Of a stretch of DNA of 64,000 nt, positions 11,619 to 21,589 are shown one piece after another. Numbering within the stretch: the stretch's first letter is position 1; every line of letters begins with the position of its first letter. The DNA is taken from the NCBI GenBank assembly GCA_903944345.1, contig CAJARJ010000013.1, forward strand, positions 58,672-122,671. Reading direction: 5' to 3'. This DNA is from Candidatus Omnitrophota bacterium (GTDB lineage: Bacteria; Omnitrophota; Gorgyraeia; Zapsychrales; Fredricksoniimonadaceae). The notes under the pieces were generated by a model. It did not search any database, was not told where the DNA came from, and worked only from the letters and a program-made list of their open reading frames with translations. The translations under genes and the position numbers were made by a program.

Positions 11619-11858
11619 TTATGCTTTACCCGCTTTAGCCTCGACATACTTGATCGCATCATCAACTTTCTTCATTTTCTCGGCATCTTCGTCAGGGATT
11701 TCGACACTGAACTCTTCTTCCAGCGCCATAATAAGCTCGACGGTATCGAGAGAATCCGCGCCAAGATCGTCAATGAACGAAGCTTCAGGCTTGACTTCCT
11801 CGATCTTGACTCCCAACTGCTCGGCGATGATTGATTTTACTTTTTCTGCGACAGCCAT
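11619..11858 (-). CDS. acpP: Acyl carrier protein
   Basis: 79 aa; [20 protein letters not shown] phosphopantetheine-attachment motif; GGAGGG ribosome-binding site. Confidence 0.95.
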   Translation of the reverse strand: MAVAEKVKSIIAEQLGVKIEEVKPEASFIDDLGADSLDTVELIMALEEEFSVEIPDEDAEKMKKVDDAIKYVEAKAGKA

Positions 11859-11918
11859 GAAACGCCCTCCTTATTAACTGGATAACAAACGGACAATGCC
11901 GCTTCCCTTTTTCTGCTT

Positions 11919-12662
11919 TTAATACGTAACCATACCGCCATCGACCAGAATAGTCTGGCCGGTAATATAATCAGCTTCTTTTGAGGCCAAAAACAGGCAA
12001 ACATTGGCCACGTCCGTCGGCAAACCCATGCGTCCCAGCGGAACCGATTCCAGAATTTTGTTTTTGACTTCCTCGCTCAGTTTGTCGGTCATGGCTGTTT
12101 TGATATATCCGGGGGCCACCGCGTTAACTGTGATATTGCGCGAAGCAAACTCTCTGGCCAGCGATTTGGCCAAGGCAATAACTCCCGCCTTACTGGCAGC
12201 ATAGTTGGCCTGTCCGGCATTACCCATAACACCAATAACTGAACCGATATTGATAATCTTGCCCTTACGAGCCTTGAGCATGACTTTGGAAACCGACTTG
12301 CAGGCATTGAAGGTGCCCTTGAGATTAACATTGATGACCGCATCCCAGTCTTCTTCTTTCATACGCAGAAAAAGACCGTCACGCGTGATGCCGGCATTGT
12401 TCACTAATATATCTATACGGCCATATTTTTCGATAATGCGATCCACGCACTGGTCTACGTCCGAAGAAAGCGTGACATTACAGGCAAAGGCATCTGCCTT
12501 GTAACCCGCGGCAGTGAGTTCCGCCGCTGTGGCCTGGCAATCTTCCTGCTTGATGTCGGATATAATGACCAAAGCTCCCTGACGGGCAAAAACTTCGGCG
12601 ATCTCGCGGCCAATCCCGCGGGCTGAACCGGTAATAAAAGCAATTTCGTCTTTAAGGCGCAT
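11919..12662 (-). CDS. fabG: 3-oxoacyl-ACP reductase
   Basis: SDR-family sequence: ITGSARGIGREIA, NNAGITRD, YAASKAGVIALAKSLAREF..NAVAPGYIKT. The track ORF extends to 12719 through a non-conserved leader; the ATG at 12662 (MRLKDEIAFITG) is the likely start. Confidence 0.9.
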   Translation of the reverse strand: MRLKDEIAFITGSARGIGREIAEVFARQGALVIISDIKQEDCQATAAELTAAGYKADAFACNVTLSSDVDQCVDRIIEKYGRIDILVNNAGITRDGLFLRMKEEDWDAVINVNLKGTFNACKSVSKVMLKARKGKIINIGSVIGVMGNAGQANYAASKAGVIALAKSLAREFASRNITVNAVAPGYIKTAMTDKLSEEVKNKILESVPLGRMGLPTDVANVCLFLASKEADYITGQTILVDGGMVTY

Positions 12663-12751
12663 AGAACCCTTTCGATTGAAAATTTGTGTATATCGTAGCA
12701 ACAAAACTGCTGTTTGCAAGAAAAATTCTTTGGAAATTCATCCTGGGCGGG

Positions 12752-13207
12752 TCATTCCCTGATCTGGGCGTCTTCTGCCTGATCCGTGTAAAAGCCGTCC
12801 CGACCGCTGTTCTGCTTTTTCTCCGGACGCTTGGGCGAACCAGGCTTGCGGGCATCTGCCATCCAGGACCGGATAAAAATCCCCAGCAAAAAGCGCGTCA
12901 GGGGGAAAACCATCAAAAGACCGATAATGTCGCTGATAAAACCCGGAAAAAGAAAAAACAGTCCCCCCAGAAAGACCAGCACTCCGTCCAGCATTTCTCG
13001 TGAAGGAGCCTCTCCGGCGGCCAGACATTGACGGATCTTAAGAAGCACCGCCCGCCCTTGAGCCTGGGCCAGAAAAGCACCGACCCCCGCGGACACGAAC
13101 AACAGAAAAACAGCACTCCAGAAACCGATGCGGCTGGCCACTCTGGAGAACCCCCAGATCTCAACTGCCGGCAGAAAAAAGAAAAATAAAAAAGGGAAGA
13201 TTGCCAT
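12752..13207 (-). CDS. fxsA: FxsA family cytoplasmic-membrane protein
   Basis: 151 aa; FLGGLFFLFPGFISDIIGLLMVFPLTR matches the FxsA signature; two transmembrane segments. Confidence 0.7.
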   Translation of the reverse strand: MAIFPFLFFFFLPAVEIWGFSRVASRIGFWSAVFLLFVSAGVGAFLAQAQGRAVLLKIRQCLAAGEAPSREMLDGVLVFLGGLFFLFPGFISDIIGLLMVFPLTRFLLGIFIRSWMADARKPGSPKRPEKKQNSGRDGFYTDQAEDAQIRE

Positions 13208-13213
13208 TTTGTC

Positions 13214-13579
13214 TCAAGCCTCTTTTTGTGAACGAACCGCACAGACCTTCAGGGACACCGAACGGGCCGGAGGCAAGGCCGCAGGCTTCTCCACGCTGAC
13301 CGTGGCCCGGTCGATCCTTGATTCGGACATGACCTCGCGCAAAATTTCGTTGGCCAGTTTCTCAAGCAATACGAATTGCGAAGACTCAACCAAACCCACC
13401 ACCCGGTCTTTTAACGCCTGATAATCAACCGCATCTTTAAGCTCATCGGTCAAAGCCGCGCGGGAGGAATCATAGTTAAAGGAAATGTTCACAATAATCT
13501 CCTGCTTTTGCCGGCGTTCATGATCATGAACGCCAACAATCCCCTGCAAGCAGAGATCCCTGATCTCGACTGTCGCCAT
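13214..13579 (-). CDS. folB: Dihydroneopterin aldolase
   Basis: MATVEIRDLCLQGIVGVHDHERRQKQ..: FolB-like beta-alpha fold motifs, immediately downstream of folE. The ATG at 13579 has a GGAG ribosome-binding site; the track ORF start at 13714 overlaps folE. Confidence 0.8.
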   Translation of the reverse strand: MATVEIRDLCLQGIVGVHDHERRQKQEIIVNISFNYDSSRAALTDELKDAVDYQALKDRVVGLVESSQFVLLEKLANEILREVMSESRIDRATVSVEKPAALPPARSVSLKVCAVRSQKEA

Positions 13580-13596
13580 AACACATCTCCGATTGA

Positions 13597-14145
13597 CTAG
13601 GCAATGAGGCTTAGAAACTCGCTGCGGGTTGAAATCTGGGAACGGAAAACCCCCAGCATACAGGAAGTTTTCATAAGCGAATTCTGTTTTTCGACTCCGC
13701 GCATCATCATGCACAGATGCTTGGCCTCGATGACAACCGCAACCCCGCGCGCATTGATGGAGCCCATAATCGCATCCGCAATCTGTTTGGTCAGGTTTTC
13801 CTGGATCTGCAGTCTGCGGGCAAACACATCCACAATCCGGGCCACCTTGGAGAGTCCCAGCACTTTACCCTGGGGAATGTAGCCAACATGACATTTGCCA
13901 AAGAAAGGCAGCAGATGATGCTCACAAAGGGAATAAAGCTCAATATCCTTGACGATGATCATGTCATCGTTATGCGTCTCGAAAATTGCCCCGTTAATGA
14001 CCTGGGCAATATCCTGCTGGTAGCCTCTGGTCAGAAATTTCATGGCTTTGGCCGCGCGCACCGGAGTTGCCTGCAACCCCTCGCGTCCGGCATCCTCGCC
14101 TACAGCACGCAAAATCTCCTGGTAAGCCCCTTCCAACTCTTTCAT
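13597..14145 (-). CDS. folE: GTP cyclohydrolase I
   Basis: 182 aa; ..[21 protein letters not shown].., RLQIQENLT, typical FolE. Confidence 0.9.
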   Translation of the reverse strand: MKELEGAYQEILRAVGEDAGREGLQATPVRAAKAMKFLTRGYQQDIAQVINGAIFETHNDDMIIVKDIELYSLCEHHLLPFFGKCHVGYIPQGKVLGLSKVARIVDVFARRLQIQENLTKQIADAIMGSINARGVAVVIEAKHLCMMMRGVEKQNSLMKTSCMLGVFRSQISTRSEFLSLIA

Positions 14146-14258
14146 ACGCCCCCTCGATGATGGATCCTGGAAAGATTCACATGAAGCCCAATATTAACAC
14201 AAGCAGCCAAAGGTGTCAAAACGATGGATTTTTAGCGTGCTTGGGTTATAATTGTCCG

Positions 14259-15248
14259 ATGATCCCTGGCAATCCCAAGACTGACAAGCCTCTTTTTCTG
14301 GCGCCTATGGAAGACGTCACCGACCTGCCCTTTCGTCTGGTCTGCAAACGGCTGGGCGCGGATGTTGTGGTGACCGAATTTACCGCCGCCGAAGCCCTGG
14401 TACGCCACATCCCCAAAGCCCTGGAAAAAATCCGTATCAGTCCCGAAGAACGCCCCGTGGGCATCCAGCTCTTCGGGTCCCGTCCGGAAGCCATCCAGGA
14501 AGCGGCTACCATAGCTGAAAGCCTTGGTCCGGACTTTATTGATATCAACTGCGGCTGTTGGGTCAAAAATCATGTGGCCCGGGCGGAAGGAGCCGGCCTC
14601 CTGCGCGATCTGCCCTTATTCGAAAAAGTCGTCAAGGCCGCCGTGGCAGGAACCCGCCTTCCGGTCACGGTCAAAACACGTCTTGGCTGGGACGAAAATT
14701 CTATTGTCATTCTTGAAGTGGCCCGCATGATCGAGCAGTGCGGCGCCCGCATGCTGACCCTTCACTGCCGGACCCGCTCGCAAGCCCACCGGGGCTTTGC
14801 CGAATGGGACTGGCTGGAAAAAGTCAAAAAAGTTATCTCTATCCCTCTGATCGGCAACGGTGACATTGTTTCCCCGCGCGATGTCAAAGCCATGTTTGAA
14901 ACCGGCTGTGACGGGGTCATGATCGGCCGCGGAGCTATATCCGATCCCTGGCTGTTTGCCAGCAGCAAACATTATCTTGCCACCGGACAGATTCCTGAAG
15001 TTCCCTCGCTCAAAGAACGGGTCAGCGTCTGTCTGGAACATCTGGCCAATGTCTGTCAGGACCACCCGGGACGCCGTCCGGTCCTGGCGTTCCGCAAACA
15101 TTACACCGGCTATCTCAAGGGCCTTCCGGGGATCAGCCGCCTGCGCGCAGATCTGATGCAACTGGAAAATTTTGAATCCGTTCGTGAGCGCCTGCTGCGC
15201 TTCATTGACGAATCCTCCTCCCTTTCTGAAGGAGAAATGCATGCGTGA
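14259..15248 (+). CDS. tRNA-dihydrouridine synthase (Dus family)
   Basis: LAPMEDVTDLPFR, INCGCWV, KTRLGWDE, LHCRTR: Dus/TIM-barrel flavoprotein. The track ORF from 14067 overlaps folE in antisense; the ATG at 14259 (MIPGNPK..) sits the usual distance from the LAPM motif. Confidence 0.85.
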   Translation: MIPGNPKTDKPLFLAPMEDVTDLPFRLVCKRLGADVVVTEFTAAEALVRHIPKALEKIRISPEERPVGIQLFGSRPEAIQEAATIAESLGPDFIDINCGCWVKNHVARAEGAGLLRDLPLFEKVVKAAVAGTRLPVTVKTRLGWDENSIVILEVARMIEQCGARMLTLHCRTRSQAHRGFAEWDWLEKVKKVISIPLIGNGDIVSPRDVKAMFETGCDGVMIGRGAISDPWLFASSKHYLATGQIPEVPSLKERVSVCLEHLANVCQDHPGRRPVLAFRKHYTGYLKGLPGISRLRADLMQLENFESVRERLLRFIDESSSLSEGEMHA

Positions 15249-15969
15249 TTCCGGAAACGCTATCGCCATTCATAATCTGTGCAAATCCTACAAAACACTC
15301 GAAGCCCTGAAAAATGTCACCTTCACTGTAAAACGGGGCGACTTCTTCGGGTTCCTCGGGCCTAATGGCGCCGGAAAAACCACCACGATCAATGTGATCA
15401 CCGGACTCTCGAATTATAATTCCGGAGAAGTCCGTATCTTCGGGCACGATGTGACCCGGGACTATCGCCAGGCCCGCCAGCTGATCGGCCTGTGCACCCA
15501 GGAATTCAACTTCGACCCTTTCCTGAGCATTTTCCAGATGCTGGTTTACCAGGCAGGCTACTTTGGCATTCCTGCCAATGAAGCCGGACAGAAAGCCCGT
15601 GAACTGCTCAAGCGTTTCAGCCTGCTGGACAAACAGCACGAAAAATACCGCGCTTTGTCCGGAGGAATGAAAAAACGCCTCCTGCTCTGCCGTGCGCTTA
15701 TTCACGATCCGGAAATCCTGATCCTGGACGAACCTACTTCCGGCTGTGACCTGGAACTGAAATTTCTTATCTGGGATCAGCTGGCCTTGCTTAACAAGGA
15801 GGGCAAAACCATTTTTCTGACCACTCACTATATGGAAGAAGCCGAGAAACTCAGCAAAACCATCGGGATCATCAATCACGGACACATCGTCAAAATGGGA
15901 GCCAAGGAAGATATCCTGCGCGACAAATCCCTGCAGGACGTTTTTCTTGAAGTAACGGGGATAGAATAA
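15241..15969 (+). CDS. ABC transporter ATP-binding protein
   Basis: Walker A (GPNGAGKTT), signature (LSGGMKKRL), Walker B (ILILDEP); AGGAGA ribosome-binding site; the ATG overlaps the dus stop (ATGCGTGA). Confidence 0.85.
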   Translation: MRDSGNAIAIHNLCKSYKTLEALKNVTFTVKRGDFFGFLGPNGAGKTTTINVITGLSNYNSGEVRIFGHDVTRDYRQARQLIGLCTQEFNFDPFLSIFQMLVYQAGYFGIPANEAGQKARELLKRFSLLDKQHEKYRALSGGMKKRLLLCRALIHDPEILILDEPTSGCDLELKFLIWDQLALLNKEGKTIFLTTHYMEEAEKLSKTIGIINHGHIVKMGAKEDILRDKSLQDVFLEVTGIE

Positions 15970-16751
15970 TGATCCTTCAGCTTATCACCAATCCGATAGG
16001 GGTTTCCTCCCTCGCCAAACGGGAAATCCTGCGTTTTCTCAAGGTTTATATCCAGACCCTCCTGCCGCCCTGGATCAATTCAGCTTTGTTCATGTATATC
16101 TTTGGCATTGCCATTGGCGGACAGCTCAATTTTACCGTACCGGGAATAACCTACCTGGAATTTATCGTGCCGGGACTTGTGACCATGCACATGATCTCCG
16201 GAGCCTACGAGAACACGGCTTCATCTTTGTTCATTGGCCGCTGGCATAACAATATCCAGGAAGTCCTGCTTTCTCCACTCTCTTATCTGGAGATGGTGCT
16301 GGGCCTTTTGGCGGGTGGCGTAGCACGGGGACTTCTGGTGGGATCGGGTATTTTGTTAATTGCTTTTACTTTTACCGGAAGCGGAATCCGGCATCCGCTG
16401 CTGTTGCTGTTTTTCATGCTCATGATTACCGTTATCTTCTCCTGCGCAGGTATGCTGGCCGCGCTCTGGGCCGACGATTTTGACCGGCTGAACCTCTGGA
16501 ACATTTATGTGATCCTGCCCATGGTTCTTCTGGGCGGCGTCTTTCATCCGCTCAATCTTTTGCCGGACATTTTGCAGACATTCTCGCGCTTTAACCCGAT
16601 TTACTACCTGATGAGCGCAGTCCGGTATTCAGTGACAGGAACCGCCGAAACCAATATATGGCTATGTGCTGCCATGGCCTTTCTGCTGGCAAGCCTGTTT
16701 GGACTTGTAACTGTCATCCTTTTCAAAATCGGTTACAAACTGCGCACCTGA
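15969..16751 (+). CDS. ABC-2 family transporter permease
   Basis: 260 aa with six predicted transmembrane segments; start overlaps the ATPase stop (TAATG), indicating translational coupling. Confidence 0.8.
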   Translation: MILQLITNPIGVSSLAKREILRFLKVYIQTLLPPWINSALFMYIFGIAIGGQLNFTVPGITYLEFIVPGLVTMHMISGAYENTASSLFIGRWHNNIQEVLLSPLSYLEMVLGLLAGGVARGLLVGSGILLIAFTFTGSGIRHPLLLLFFMLMITVIFSCAGMLAALWADDFDRLNLWNIYVILPMVLLGGVFHPLNLLPDILQTFSRFNPIYYLMSAVRYSVTGTAETNIWLCAAMAFLLASLFGLVTVILFKIGYKLRT

Positions 16752-16769
16752 ATCAAAACCTTGAACCAT

Positions 16770-16802
16770 AAAAAAGCCGCGGATTACGCCGCGGCTTTTT
16801 TG
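16770..16802. terminator. Bidirectional Rho-independent terminator
   Basis: aaaaAGCCGCGG-attacg-CCGCGGCTttttt between the convergent ABC permease (+) and cyclophilin (-) genes. Confidence 0.6.
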
Positions 16803-16824
16803 TTGAAACACATCTGAAGAAAAA

Positions 16825-17391
16825 CTAGCCCTTGATATAGGCTCTGATAATCCTCTGATCTTCCAGCGGCTTATCCCCGGGGCCTTTGGCGGTCTGCTCG
16901 ATCTTTTGCACCACATCATACCCCTTGACCACTTCACCGAAAATCGTGTGCTTGCCCGTCAACCACGGAGTCTGCGCTGTGGTAATAAAAAACTGGCTGC
17001 CATTGGTATTGGGTCCGCGATTGGCCATAGCCAGCAAACCCGGCTTGTCAAAAGCCACTCCGCCGGAAAACTCATCCTCGAAATTACCGCCCCAAAGGCT
17101 GTCGCCGCCACGGCCGGTTCCGGTAGGATCCCCGCCCTGAACCATGAAATTCTGGATCACGCGATGAAAAATCGTACCATCATAATAACCTTTCTTGACC
17201 AGACCCGTAAAGTTTTCACAGGTTTTCGGCGCCTTGTCCGCAAAAAGCGCAAGTTCAATTTCTCCCTGATTCGTTTCAAAAACTACTGTAACCTTGCTTG
17301 ACATTCCTTCATCCTTTCTACCCTGAGCACATCCGAGAGTTGTTAACATCGCAAACGAAACCATACAGGCCACCATCGAAAATACTTTCAT
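16825..17391 (-). CDS. Peptidyl-prolyl cis-trans isomerase (cyclophilin type), secreted
   Basis: [41 protein letters not shown]: cyclophilin. The ATG at 17391 ([11 protein letters not shown].. signal peptide) has a GGAGG ribosome-binding site; the track ORF extends to 17703 through unrelated sequence. Confidence 0.85.
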   Translation of the reverse strand: MKVFSMVACMVSFAMLTTLGCAQGRKDEGMSSKVTVVFETNQGEIELALFADKAPKTCENFTGLVKKGYYDGTIFHRVIQNFMVQGGDPTGTGRGGDSLWGGNFEDEFSGGVAFDKPGLLAMANRGPNTNGSQFFITTAQTPWLTGKHTIFGEVVKGYDVVQKIEQTAKGPGDKPLEDQRIIRAYIKG

Positions 17392-17410
17392 AACCCCTCC
17401 TGATTGAGAA

Positions 17411-18025
17411 CTATCCTTGTCGAATAAACCTGCGCAAGACTGCGGGAACATCATCCACAGACAATTCCTGGTTGCGCGGGCTGCGCGAAGCGGCCACTGC
17501 CAACGCAGGCTCACTGTCTTCAACGGCATCCGGATCAAAACGGGATACAAAAGCTGAAGCAGACACCGGCTCGGCACTGGCGCGTGCATGCCTTGCGACC
17601 AGGTCATCCATCTCCTGACGGACTTTCTTGTTCTGAATCCTGAGATCCTGGATCTGGGACTGCAAAAGCTCAAACACTTTTTCGAATTCGCAGCGGTGAG
17701 CAAGCTCCGCCGAGAGGTCTTTCTGCAGACGTTCGATCAAGGCGTTTTTCTCCTGGAGCAGTTTCTCGAGAGTTTCCTTCTTCCCCGCAGGCGGCTGAAC
17801 CAGAGACTCGTCGGCTGACATATCCTGCTCCAGTCCGCCAATCAGAACCTCCTGCCGGACATCTTTGGTCCTGCCAAAAACCGAGAAAAGATTGAACGAC
17901 AAGGCTTCCTTTACCCGGGGCCAAAGATGCGTTTCAGCCGAAGTTTCCTGCCCCATACGAAACAACACAAAAGCCCAAGCGACGAAAACAACCAGCAAGG
18001 CGACACTCAGGCAGATAAATAACAT
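17411..18025 (-). CDS. Hypothetical membrane-anchored coiled-coil protein
   Basis: One N-terminal transmembrane segment ([21 protein letters not shown]) then heptad-rich charged sequence; the ATG at 18025 has a GGAG ribosome-binding site. Confidence 0.5.
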   Translation of the reverse strand: MLFICLSVALLVVFVAWAFVLFRMGQETSAETHLWPRVKEALSFNLFSVFGRTKDVRQEVLIGGLEQDMSADESLVQPPAGKKETLEKLLQEKNALIERLQKDLSAELAHRCEFEKVFELLQSQIQDLRIQNKKVRQEMDDLVARHARASAEPVSASAFVSRFDPDAVEDSEPALAVAASRSPRNQELSVDDVPAVLRRFIRQG

Positions 18026-18093
18026 GATTTTTCTCCGGTTCTGGAAAAGTAGGAAGACCCTGTATATAAATATAAGAAAATTTGCATCTGTGG

Positions 18094-19941
18094 TCAAGCT
18101 TTGGAGGAATTTTCTTGCCGGGCGGCAAAAGCTTGCTCGATAACGGCCGGATCCCAGGACTGGTCTGCCAGACGCTGACGCAGAGCCTGCGTCTGCCGGG
18201 AATCAACATCAAGTTTTTCAAGATAAGATGAAAGTATCTCCAGATTCAGCTGCTGCTCCGGAGCCAGCGTCCAGTTGAGCGGACGAAGCTCCCCGGAACG
18301 CGCGAGGGCAAATGCCACAACAGCCCATAGCAAAGGAATGGCCAAAACTCCACAGGTACTCCAGAAATAAAGCGGAGCCGCAGGGTTAAGCAGGCTGCCT
18401 GCCCCGTTCCAGAAAACATCAAAAAGAAAATGCGCGACCAGAACAGGAACCAGTCCGGCGCGAAGATAAACCCAGGCCAGTAACAAACCGATGACCGAAA
18501 CCTCGACTCCGCGAAACCACATGGGATAAATCTGATAACCCGCATGGCCAAACCCCCACACCAGCGATGAAACAATGACCGCTAGAATCGTATTCCCCGT
18601 TCGGTTGGCAATCCAGTTAAGCAGAAAAACCCGAAAGACCACTTCCTCGGTCAAGGCCGCCCTGAACGCCAGCATCAAAGCCGCAAGCCACGGCCAAAGG
18701 GCTGTCGAAAAGCTGGTGATCCCCTGCTGTTCCTGCCACACCCCGCAATACTGTTCGCCAAAGAAAAAAAGTAAAGCCTGCAGGCCCAACATTCCACAGG
18801 CCAGGACGTAACCCAGAAAAATCTTCCCGGCTGTCTGACGTGTCAGGAAACTGGAGCGCAGAAACCAAAGGAAAGAACGGCCTTTACCGGCAGAAGAACG
18901 GGAACACTCCCCCTCGCCAGCCAGAGCAAAAAACACAAAACCGAAGGCGGTAAACACAACCGACATAAGAGTGCTTGCGGCCGACCGGAAAAGAAATGGC
19001 TCATACGCCTGGGAAGTCTGGTAAGAAAAAATCAGGGCATCCGCAAAATTAAATACTCCGGACATAAGTCCGGCACAAAGCACCCAGGCCAGAACAGAAA
19101 GGAAGCGCGAAGAAGCTCGCAGGGCCAGCTGCAGCCTGGAACGCATCACAAGATTGATCACCACCACCAGCAAGGCAAAATAAACAATATTGAACAACAA
19201 TGAAAAATTTCGCCCTGTCTCTTCCTGGGCGTCCAGGTACCGGCCAAACCGGTCAGGCACCTCGACTCTGCCCTCAGAAAAAGCAAGGACTTCTTCGCCG
19301 CTGACCGCTCCGCCGATAAGGATCTTGCCGGTGCCTGAATCCGGCGCATCGTCCCAGGTGACATCTGCCCCTTTCTTGCGCCAGGAAAAAGCATACTCAA
19401 CGCGTCGGTCGAAAGCTGTACGAACTTCATCTTTAAGTTCATATCGGGAGAAATCCACACCACGGGCGGAAAAAAAATCCACTATCAGCGCGCGGGCAGA
19501 ATCAACTCCGCTATCCTGACGCTGTTGGGCTTCATCAATAACATGCGTTCGGCTGATAACCTTTCCGGAACGCGGACTGATTGCGATGCGAAACTCTTCC
19601 TTCTCTCCTGGAACAAAAAAACGAACCGACCAGTGATAAAAGTCCAGGCCATGCTCCAGCGCATAGGCATTAAAAGCATTTATCCCGAGGGCTTTTTGCA
19701 GAAAACGGTCGGCATAACTTTCATGCCTGAAAACAACGGCAGAACGAAAAGCACCCGGCTGACGCTGGTACTGGCGAGCCAGCTCCTGTCCGGCCAAAGC
19801 CAAAGCGGAACTCCGGTCAATCTTGAGAGAAAGCAGTGCAAAACGCGGCCAGGACAAGGAAAACCAGGCCAGAAGACTAACAACGGCCAAACAGGAAAAA
19901 ATAATAAAACGGCGAAGAAGCGCCCAGCGACTGGCGTGCAT
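18094..19941 (-). CDS. CPBP family intramembrane glutamic endopeptidase (CAAX-protease/Abi type) with a large N-terminal extracytoplasmic domain
   Basis: 615 aa; motif 1 EEVVFRVFLL, FGHAGY, motif HFLFD in the C-terminal multi-transmembrane region; N-terminal transmembrane segment plus about 250 aa of soluble domain. Confidence 0.8.
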   Translation of the reverse strand: MHASRWALLRRFIIFSCLAVVSLLAWFSLSWPRFALLSLKIDRSSALALAGQELARQYQRQPGAFRSAVVFRHESYADRFLQKALGINAFNAYALEHGLDFYHWSVRFFVPGEKEEFRIAISPRSGKVISRTHVIDEAQQRQDSGVDSARALIVDFFSARGVDFSRYELKDEVRTAFDRRVEYAFSWRKKGADVTWDDAPDSGTGKILIGGAVSGEEVLAFSEGRVEVPDRFGRYLDAQEETGRNFSLLFNIVYFALLVVVINLVMRSRLQLALRASSRFLSVLAWVLCAGLMSGVFNFADALIFSYQTSQAYEPFLFRSAASTLMSVVFTAFGFVFFALAGEGECSRSSAGKGRSFLWFLRSSFLTRQTAGKIFLGYVLACGMLGLQALLFFFGEQYCGVWQEQQGITSFSTALWPWLAALMLAFRAALTEEVVFRVFLLNWIANRTGNTILAVIVSSLVWGFGHAGYQIYPMWFRGVEVSVIGLLLAWVYLRAGLVPVLVAHFLFDVFWNGAGSLLNPAAPLYFWSTCGVLAIPLLWAVVAFALARSGELRPLNWTLAPEQQLNLEILSSYLEKLDVDSRQTQALRQRLADQSWDPAVIEQAFAARQENSSKA

Positions 19942-19952
19942 GTTGCCCCTTG

Positions 19953-20639
19953 TTACATGAGACCAATAACTTCTTTGGGAAGCTTCTTTAACTCTTCCGT
20001 ACCAAGAATCTTGATAGCCCAGCGCAGGACCTGCAGACGATTATGCAGACGCTCGTCAGTAGACTTCGCCCCCTGCAGCTTCTTGCGCGAAAGGAAAAAC
20101 ATCTTGCGCAAGGTATTAAAAACAATCCGCGCCTCCCGGGAACGGGTGGCTGATCCGGTCAGGGCCGATATGGCGTTATAAGCCATGGTGTCCACCAACG
20201 GATCATAATGATCCATCTTCCTGACAAGAACCGGCATCATCGTATCAAAATACCGGTAACGATCCATGACCAGCAAAGTGTGCATGATCTCGATCTGGAC
20301 AAACGAAGAATTGGTCAGTTCCATCTGGCGCAGCAAAAGCCTTTCAATCAGAATCAGCTCCCTGCCCACTATCTGTGACGCAAACTTGTCACGAAAGACC
20401 CGCACGGTTGCCGCTTTTTTGAACGTGTTCAGGCTTTCGTCAGCCAGCATGGACAGCAAAACTTCTTTGGAGGCTTCTGAAAGTTTCTTGGCATACCCCT
20501 CCATTAACAGAGCATCGTCAAAAAAATGATCCAGATCCGCGCCAATATCCGTAGCAGGAACCACAGTCTCTTGGGCCGCCAACGGATGTCCCGCGCCAAC
20601 CAGGATCAGAACAAAAAGAAAAATTGAAAATATCTTCAT
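19953..20639 (-). CDS. Hypothetical secreted protein
   Basis: 228 aa with signal peptide MKIFSIFLFVLILVGAGHPLAAQ; no recognisable motifs. Confidence 0.5.
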   Translation of the reverse strand: MKIFSIFLFVLILVGAGHPLAAQETVVPATDIGADLDHFFDDALLMEGYAKKLSEASKEVLLSMLADESLNTFKKAATVRVFRDKFASQIVGRELILIERLLLRQMELTNSSFVQIEIMHTLLVMDRYRYFDTMMPVLVRKMDHYDPLVDTMAYNAISALTGSATRSREARIVFNTLRKMFFLSRKKLQGAKSTDERLHNRLQVLRWAIKILGTEELKKLPKEVIGLM

Positions 20640-21487
20640 TGAATAAACTCCATTGACATATCTATCGCCTCGCGGGAATGCGTGAGCGCTCCTGTCGAAA
20701 TCCGGTCCACCCCGGTCGCCGCTGCTGCGCGGACATTCCCGAGTGTTATCCCGCCCGAAGCTTCAAGCAGGGGCCGACGGCCGGCAGGAAGTCTGGCAAC
20801 CAGGGCCACAGCCGTGCGCATATCCCGGGGACTCATATTATCGAGCAGAACAATATCAGGCCGACCCGGCAGGACTTCCCGGAGCTCGACAAGCCCGTCG
20901 ACCTCTATTTCAATCTTCTTTTTTGTTCTGGCGCGAACGCGCAAAACCGTCTGATCCAGAGTCTCGTCTTTGCGCGAAAGGAAACGATGATTATCCTTGA
21001 TAAGAACCATATCGTAAAGACCATCCCGATGGTTCTGGCCTCCCCCGCAGCGCACCGCGTAACGTTCCAGCAGGCGCAGGCCAGGAGTGGTCTTTCGTGT
21101 ATCGAGAATAACCGCCTTGTACCCGCGAACCGCATCGCAAAACTGCCGCGTACGGCTGGCCACCGCAGACAAATACGAAAGAAAATTAAGTGCTGTCCTC
21201 TCGGCCGTCAGCACCGAACGGGCAGGCCCGTCAAGAGCCATTAAAACCGCTCCGGCCTTGACCTTGTCGCCCTCCTTGACACGCAATTGAACCCGGATGG
21301 AGGGATCCACCTGGCGAAAAACTTCCCTGGCCACCTCAAGCCCGCAAACCACCGCCGAAGAGCGGGAAACAATCGTGGCCTCGACAGATACCCCTGAGGG
21401 AATAACCAGACGGGAAGTGATGTCCCCGGATCCGACATCTTCACTGAGCGCTGTGCGCACTAGGGCGTTAATAAACTGAGGTTTCAT
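20636..21487 (-). CDS. nadC: Nicotinate-nucleotide pyrophosphorylase (quinolinate phosphoribosyltransferase)
   Basis: ALSEDVGSGDITS, LDTRKTTPGLR, LIKDNH, LLDNM..: NadC. The track ORF begins at a GTG at 21508; the ATG at 21487 is preferred. Confidence 0.9.
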   Translation of the reverse strand: MKPQFINALVRTALSEDVGSGDITSRLVIPSGVSVEATIVSRSSAVVCGLEVAREVFRQVDPSIRVQLRVKEGDKVKAGAVLMALDGPARSVLTAERTALNFLSYLSAVASRTRQFCDAVRGYKAVILDTRKTTPGLRLLERYAVRCGGGQNHRDGLYDMVLIKDNHRFLSRKDETLDQTVLRVRARTKKKIEIEVDGLVELREVLPGRPDIVLLDNMSPRDMRTAVALVARLPAGRRPLLEASGGITLGNVRAAAATGVDRISTGALTHSREAIDMSMEFIQ

Positions 21488-21589
21488 AAAACGGGAATCT
21501 CCCTGCACTCATTCAAAAACTATCGGAGTTTATACCATACCCGAAGCAGGAGAACCAGCGATTATTATTACTTAAGCCTCCGCGCAAGC

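Noticed and set aside
14067-14258. Long N-terminal extensions in many track ORFs (for example dus from 14067, ppiB to 17703, fabG to 12719, nadC 21508, P4 58900)
   Set aside because: The track starts ORFs at in-frame GTG/TTG. I verified that 21508, 58900, 62913, 63844 and 9201 are GTG or TTG. The extensions are non-conserved and often overlap upstream genes. Downstream ATGs with ribosome-binding sites and homolog-consistent N-termini were preferred.
16662-16937. 91-aa minus ORF spanning the ABC permease end, terminator and ppiB end; also 18246..18575 and 18617..18868 inside the CPBP gene
   Set aside because: These overlap confidently assigned genes on the opposite strand or frame and have no motifs.
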